Shown piece by piece: positions 28,142 to 32,000 of a DNA stretch of 32,000 nt. The position numbers and the translations under genes were made by a program. The notes under the pieces are model-generated. The model made no database searches. It worked only from the letters and a program-made list of their open reading frames with translations, and was not told the origin of the DNA. This DNA comes from Delftia acidovorans NBRC 14950 (GTDB lineage Bacteria > Pseudomonadota > Gammaproteobacteria > Burkholderiales > Burkholderiaceae_C). The stretch is from NCBI RefSeq assembly GCF_001598795.1, contig NZ_BCZP01000014.1, forward strand, positions 122,067 to 154,066, given 5' to 3'. Within the stretch, counting starts at the first letter, position 1. Every line of letters begins with the position of its first letter.

Positions 28142-29032
28142 ATGTTCGAGTTGAGCCTGCTGTGCCCGGAAGACCGGGTTGAGACCGTCAGCGATGCGCT
28201 GGATGCGCTGGACGCCCTGAGCGTATCGGTGGAGGATGCCGACGCGCAGACTGAGGCCGAGCAAGCCCTGTTCGGCGAGCCCGGCATGCCGCCGCCCAAG
28301 GACGGCTGGCAGCGCAGCCGCCTGGTGGCGCTGTTCCCCTCGCAGCAAGCGGCCGAAGAGGCGCGTGATCTGCTGCTGCCCCAGGACTTCTTCGAGGGCT
28401 GCAGCATCATCGCCGTCAAGCAGGTGCCGGAGCAGGACTGGGTGCGCCTGACGCAGTCGCAGTTCGCCCCGGTGGACATCACGCCCGAATTCTGGATTGT
28501 TCCCACCTGGCACGAGTTGCCGCCCGAGGCGCGCGTGAGCATCCGCCTGGACCCGGGCCTGGCCTTTGGCACGGGCACGCACCCGACCACGCGCATGTGC
28601 CTGCGCTGGATCGCCCGCCAGCCCCAAGGCAGTCTTGGCCGCACGCTGGACTACGGCTGCGGCTCGGGCATCCTGGCCATTGGCGCTGCCAAGTTCGGTG
28701 CCACCGACATCGACGCGGTGGACATCGACCCGGCAGCCGTGGAGTCCACGCGCTACAACGCCGATGCCAACGCCGTGCAACTGAAGGCGGGCCTGCCCGA
28801 TGCCGGAAACGGCGAATACCGCACCGTGCTGGCCAACATCCTGGCCACGCCGCTCAAGGTGCTGGCGCCGCTGCTGTGCGGCCGCGTGGCAGCGGGTGGA
28901 AGCCTGGTGCTGGCCGGTATCCTGGAGCGCCAGGCCGACGAGCTCAAGGAGGCCTATGCGCCGTACCTGGCGCTGGAAGTGGCCGACAGCGAAGATGGCT
29001 GGATCCTGATGACCGCGCGCCGCGCGGCCTGA
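28142..29032 (+). CDS. prmA: ribosomal protein L11 methyltransferase
   Basis: 296 aa. SAM-binding motif LDYGCGSGILAIGA. The accBC-prmA neighbourhood is common in proteobacteria. Confidence 0.88.
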   Translation: MFELSLLCPEDRVETVSDALDALDALSVSVEDADAQTEAEQALFGEPGMPPPKDGWQRSRLVALFPSQQAAEEARDLLLPQDFFEGCSIIAVKQVPEQDWVRLTQSQFAPVDITPEFWIVPTWHELPPEARVSIRLDPGLAFGTGTHPTTRMCLRWIARQPQGSLGRTLDYGCGSGILAIGAAKFGATDIDAVDIDPAAVESTRYNADANAVQLKAGLPDAGNGEYRTVLANILATPLKVLAPLLCGRVAAGGSLVLAGILERQADELKEAYAPYLALEVADSEDGWILMTARRAA

Positions 29033-29106
29033 TTTCCGGCCCGAGTCCCCGCGCGGCCCCGCCTTCGTGGCGCGGGCCGCGAGCAGCTGCCTACAATCGA
29101 TCGCTG

Positions 29107-30489
29107 ATGAGCCAAGTCACCCGCTGTCCTGCCTGTGGAACCCGCTTCAAAGTGGTGGCCGACCAGCTGCGAATTTCGCAGGGGTGGGTGCGCTGCGGCG
29201 TCTGCCATGAAGTGTTCGATGCCTCCGAGGACCTGCAGCCCCTGCCCACGGCACCTGTGAATGCGGCCGGCACCTCGGTGGCCGGCACTCCGGTGGCCGG
29301 CGGGGCATCACACAACCCGGCCGAATTCGAGGACGATGACATCCGCGAATTCAGGGAATCCATGTGGCTGCCGACGGCGCCGAGCGGATTGCCGGGGCGG
29401 GGCGCATCGGGGCCTGCTGCACCTGTTGCGCCCTCTGTACCTGCCACACCTGCCGCACCTGCGGTATCCACCGCAACCACGGCTGCCGCTGCCAGTGCCG
29501 AGCCTTCGCCGTCCATGCCGCCGGCCGAGGTGCCGGCTCCAGAGGCTCCGCCTTCGCCCCCTGTGACCGCGAAGGACCCCTCCGCCAGCGCTGCCGAAGA
29601 GTCGGGCAGCGCGCTGCCTGGAGCGTCGCTGGTGGACGAGATCCTGGCTGCGTCCCGGGCAGCGCCGAAGTCCCCGCTCGCCGCCCATGCCGAGCAGGCC
29701 GTTGACGGCCTGCTCGGACCCGAGCCTGACACTGCGGCTCCTGTGCCCGCACCGGCAAAGGATGAGGAAGGCGCGCCGTTCACACGGCCCCATAAGCCAT
29801 CCGACAAGCCATCCGACAAGTCGTCCGATGCGCCTGCGCCGTCCGTGCCAACCGGCCTGCTGCGGGAATCGGAGCCGCAGGCGCAGGCCTCCGTGCCTTC
29901 GCCGGAGTTTTCCCGCTGGCCGGACAGCGATGGCGAAGGCAGCGGTGAGGCTGCTGCCGCGCTGCCCGAGGCCGAGCCCGGCTTTGTGCGCCAGGCGCGG
30001 CGCAAGGCCTTCTGGCGCCGGCCTGCCGTGCGCGTGGCGCTTGTGCTGGGCAGCCTGCTGGGCGTGGGCGCCTTGGCAGGCCAGGTCATGTGGGGCCAGC
30101 GCGATGCGCTGGCCGTGCAGCATCCTTCGCTGGCGCCCGCGCTGCAGGCCCTGTGCGCCATGGCGGGCTGCGAGCTGCAGCCACGCCGCCAGATCGGCGA
30201 TGTGGTGATCGGCAGTTCGGGTTTTCGGCAGCTGCCGCGCAACGGCCAGTACCAGTGGAGCCTGAGCCTGGAGAACCGCTCGGACTTCCCCGTTGCCATG
30301 CCCGCTGTCGAACTCACGCTCACCGATGCCCAGGACAAGCTGCTGCTGCGGCGCGTGATCCGGCTTGACCAGTTCGGCGCGCCCGCGCAGATCGAGGGCC
30401 ATGGCGAGTGGAGCGTGACGGCCCCGGTCGAAGTGCAAGGCCTGGAGGCGGCCGTGGCCGGCTATCGCGCCCTGGTTTTTTATCCCTGA
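29107..30489 (+). CDS. zinc-ribbon (MJ0042-type) plus DUF3426-like membrane protein
   Basis: ORF 28597..30489 trimmed to ATG 29107. N-terminal CPACGTRFKV...VRCGVCHEVF zinc ribbon, about 250 aa of Pro/Ala/Ser-rich low complexity, one TM helix (VALVLGSLLGVGALAGQVMW), and a C-terminal domain of about 130 aa. Confidence 0.75.
   Translation: MSQVTRCPACGTRFKVVADQLRISQGWVRCGVCHEVFDASEDLQPLPTAPVNAAGTSVAGTPVAGGASHNPAEFEDDDIREFRESMWLPTAPSGLPGRGASGPAAPVAPSVPATPAAPAVSTATTAAAASAEPSPSMPPAEVPAPEAPPSPPVTAKDPSASAAEESGSALPGASLVDEILAASRAAPKSPLAAHAEQAVDGLLGPEPDTAAPVPAPAKDEEGAPFTRPHKPSDKPSDKSSDAPAPSVPTGLLRESEPQAQASVPSPEFSRWPDSDGEGSGEAAAALPEAEPGFVRQARRKAFWRRPAVRVALVLGSLLGVGALAGQVMWGQRDALAVQHPSLAPALQALCAMAGCELQPRRQIGDVVIGSSGFRQLPRNGQYQWSLSLENRSDFPVAMPAVELTLTDAQDKLLLRRVIRLDQFGAPAQIEGHGEWSVTAPVEVQGLEAAVAGYRALVFYP
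29794..29829 (+). repeat. 3 x 12-nt in-frame tandem repeat (KPSD KPSD KSSD)
   Basis: AAGCCATCCGAC AAGCCATCCGAC AAGTCGTCCGAT, inside the low-complexity linker of the zinc-ribbon protein. Confidence 0.85.
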
Positions 30490-30524
30490 ATCCCCCTGAC
30501 TTTTCAAGAAAGCCGAGACACACC

Positions 30525-31427
30525 ATGGCCGCTCTCATCTGCGGATCGCTTGCGTTCGACAACATCATGACCTTCGAGGGAAGGTTTGCCGACCAGATCC
30601 TGCCTGACCAGTTGCACATCCTCAATGTGTCCTTCCTGGTGCCCACGTTGCGCCGCGATTTCGGCGGCTGCGCGGGCAACATCGCCTACGCTTTGCGCTT
30701 GCTGGGCGGCGATGCCTGGCCCATGGCCATGGTGGGCAGCGACGGCGCCGACTATGTGCAGCGCCTCGACGAACTGGGCGTGCAGACCGCGCACATCGGC
30801 CAGCTGCAGGACACGCACACGGCCCAGTGCATGATCATGACGGACCGTGACAACAACCAGATCACGGCCTTCCACCCGGGTGCCATGATGCAGGCCCACG
30901 GCAACCGCATCACGCCAGAGCTCAAGGAGCAGGTGCGCGTGGGCATCATTGCACCCGATGGCCGCCAGGCCATGCTTGAGCATGCCCAGCAGTTCAAGGC
31001 GGCCGGCATTCCCTTTGTGTTCGATCCGGGCCAGGGCCTGCCCATGTTCGATGGCCAGGAGCTGCGCAGCTTCATCGAGCAGGCTGACTGGGTGGCCGTG
31101 AACGACTACGAGGCCCGCATGCTCAGCGAGCGCACGGGCTGGAGCCTGGAACAGATTTCCGGGCAGGTGCAAGGCCTGGTGGTGACGCTGGGGGCAGAGG
31201 GCTGCGAGGTCTGGGTGCAAGGCGCCAAGACCCTGGTGGCGCCGGTGCAGCCCGCCGCCGTGGTCGATCCCACGGGATGTGGCGACGCATGGCGTGGCGC
31301 CATGCTGTTCGGCCTGGAGCGTGGCTGGGACCTGGTGCGTTGCGCCGAACTGGGCAACCGCCTGGGCGCGCTCAAGATTGCCAGCCGTGGCCCGCAGAAC
31401 TACGTGCTGGACTTCGCCCAGCCCTGA
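30525..31427 (+). CDS. PfkB-family carbohydrate/nucleoside kinase
   Basis: ORF trimmed to ATG 30525 (MAALICGSLAFDNIM...). Ribokinase-superfamily motifs GGCAGNIAYAL and DPTGCGDAWRG. Substrate not inferable. Confidence 0.8.
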   Translation: MAALICGSLAFDNIMTFEGRFADQILPDQLHILNVSFLVPTLRRDFGGCAGNIAYALRLLGGDAWPMAMVGSDGADYVQRLDELGVQTAHIGQLQDTHTAQCMIMTDRDNNQITAFHPGAMMQAHGNRITPELKEQVRVGIIAPDGRQAMLEHAQQFKAAGIPFVFDPGQGLPMFDGQELRSFIEQADWVAVNDYEARMLSERTGWSLEQISGQVQGLVVTLGAEGCEVWVQGAKTLVAPVQPAAVVDPTGCGDAWRGAMLFGLERGWDLVRCAELGNRLGALKIASRGPQNYVLDFAQP

Positions 31428-31511
31428 AGCCGGGAACACCGGCCGGCGGCGCAGCCGCGGTCTTCACAATGAAAGATGGCCCCCACGCTTGCCTCGCTGC
31501 GCAAGGACCGC

Positions 31512-31536
31512 TGCCCCCCGAGGGGGCACTTTTTCA
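31512..31536 (+). terminator. Rho-independent terminator (first of two in tandem)
   Basis: TGCCCCC-CGA-GGGGGCA hairpin followed by CTTTTTC. Confidence 0.55.
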
Positions 31537-31557
31537 TCTTGGGGCGGCCCGGCGATG

Positions 31558-31590
31558 AAAAAAGCCCGACTCCAAAGAGCCGGGCTTTTT
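31558..31590. terminator. bidirectional Rho-independent terminator
   Basis: AAAAAAGCCCG ... CGGGCTTTTT with inner CTC/GAG pairs. A6 upstream and T5 downstream, so it can serve both the + strand kinase gene and the convergent - strand gene ending at 31611. Confidence 0.75.
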
Positions 31591-31610
31591 GCTTTGAGAC
31601 CGGAAAAGTC

Positions 31611-32000
31611 TCAGGGCTTGTTGCCTGTGGGGAAGGGCCATGCGGCTTGGGGAGCCAGGCGGGTTTGCGCGATGGGCGCGGGTGCGGCAGCGGGAGCTGC
31701 AGGCGCGGCAGCGGCGGGAGCTGCTGCGGCCTTCTTGGGGGCAGCGGCCTTCTTCGGGGCTGCAGCCTTCTTGGCGGGAGCGGCAGGAGCTGCTGCGGCC
31801 TTGGCGGGCGCTGCGGCAGGCTTGGCAGCTGCAGCGGGCTTCTTGGCAGCAGCAGGAGCGGCAGCCTTCTTGGCGGGAGCAGCGGCCTTCTTCGCGGCAG
31901 GTGCAGCAGCCTTTGTGGCAGCGGGAGCAGCGGCCTTCTTGGCAGCAGGAGCAGCAGCCTTCTTGGCAGGAGCAGCGGCCTTCTTTGCGGCAGGTGCAGC
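31611..32000 (-). CDS. Ala/Lys/Pro-repeat histone-H1-like protein, C-terminal 129 codons (5' end outside window)
   Basis: Hand translation of the minus strand in the frame ending at TGA (31613-31611) is open to the window edge. It reads ...AAPAAKKAAAPAKKAAAPAAKKAAAPAATKAAAPAAKK...APKKAAAPKKAAAAPAAAAPAAPAAAPAPIAQTRLAPQAAWPFPTGNKP*. Not in the ORF track because no start codon lies inside the window. Confidence 0.65.
   Translation of the reverse strand, partial: AAPAAKKAAAPAKKAAAPAAKKAAAPAATKAAAPAAKKAAAPAKKAAAPAAAKKPAAAAKPAAAPAKAAAAPAAPAKKAAAPKKAAAPKKAAAAPAAAAPAAPAAAPAPIAQTRLAPQAAWPFPTGNKP
31684..32000 (-). repeat. degenerate tandem DNA repeats encoding (A)nP(A)nKK units
   Basis: Recurrent GCAGCGGCCTTCTTGGC-type units. 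A longer unit GGAGCAGCGGCCTTCTT(C/T)GCGGCAGGTGCAGC recurs at about 31876 and about 31969. Confidence 0.8.

Noticed and set aside
26078-28780. 900-aa minus-strand ORF antisense to accB, accC and prmA
   Set aside because: Same GC artefact. It spans three unambiguous plus-strand genes and two intergenic regions, and has no recognisable motifs.
1-32000. Search for mobile elements, CRISPR arrays, tRNA/rRNA genes, toxin-antitoxin pairs or defence-island signatures
   Set aside because: None of the following was found: transposase, integrase or phage-like ORFs; direct-repeat/spacer arrays; cloverleaf-capable segments in the intergenic regions; or extended compositional shifts. The only low-GC stretches are about 250-440-bp regulatory spacers. 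The window reads as conserved core chromosome.

Overview
High-GC (roughly two-thirds G+C by eye) proteobacterial chromosome. Gene order and protein sequences look like Burkholderiales, possibly Comamonadaceae; this is inference only, no search was run. The window is almost entirely core housekeeping. Bases 1-10390 hold the distal dcw division/cell-wall cluster (murD partial, ftsW, murG, murC, ddl, ftsQ, ftsA, ftsZ, lpxC). A tightly packed minus-strand block follows (yqiA-like esterase, RNase II-family exoribonuclease, TonB-C-domain protein, aroE, mtgA, ruvC). After that come rodA, tldD, a hypothetical gene, aroG (class I DAHP synthase), a yqcC-family gene, a hypothetical gene, mpl, a hypothetical gene overlapping a TlpA-like thioredoxin gene, accB-accC, prmA, a zinc-ribbon/DUF3426-like membrane protein, a PfkB kinase, and the 3' end of an Ala/Lys/Pro-repeat histone-H1-like gene. 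I see no tRNA, rRNA, CRISPR array, transposase, integrase, phage gene or compositional island, so I cannot support a claim of a novel multi-gene accessory or defence system here. The most interesting signals are regulatory. (1) A 20-codon leader ORF with seven consecutive aromatic codons (FYFYFWF) and competing antiterminator/terminator hairpins sits upstream of aroG. (2) A strong orphan intrinsic terminator lies between rodA and tldD and may mark a small RNA of about 90 nt. (3) Several start codons (lpxC, tldD, the aro leader, the zinc-ribbon gene) have no Shine-Dalgarno sequence but have a -10-like hexamer 6-9 nt upstream. There are also several uncharacterised small or hypothetical ORFs. 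The many long ORFs antisense to real genes are GC-content artefacts.
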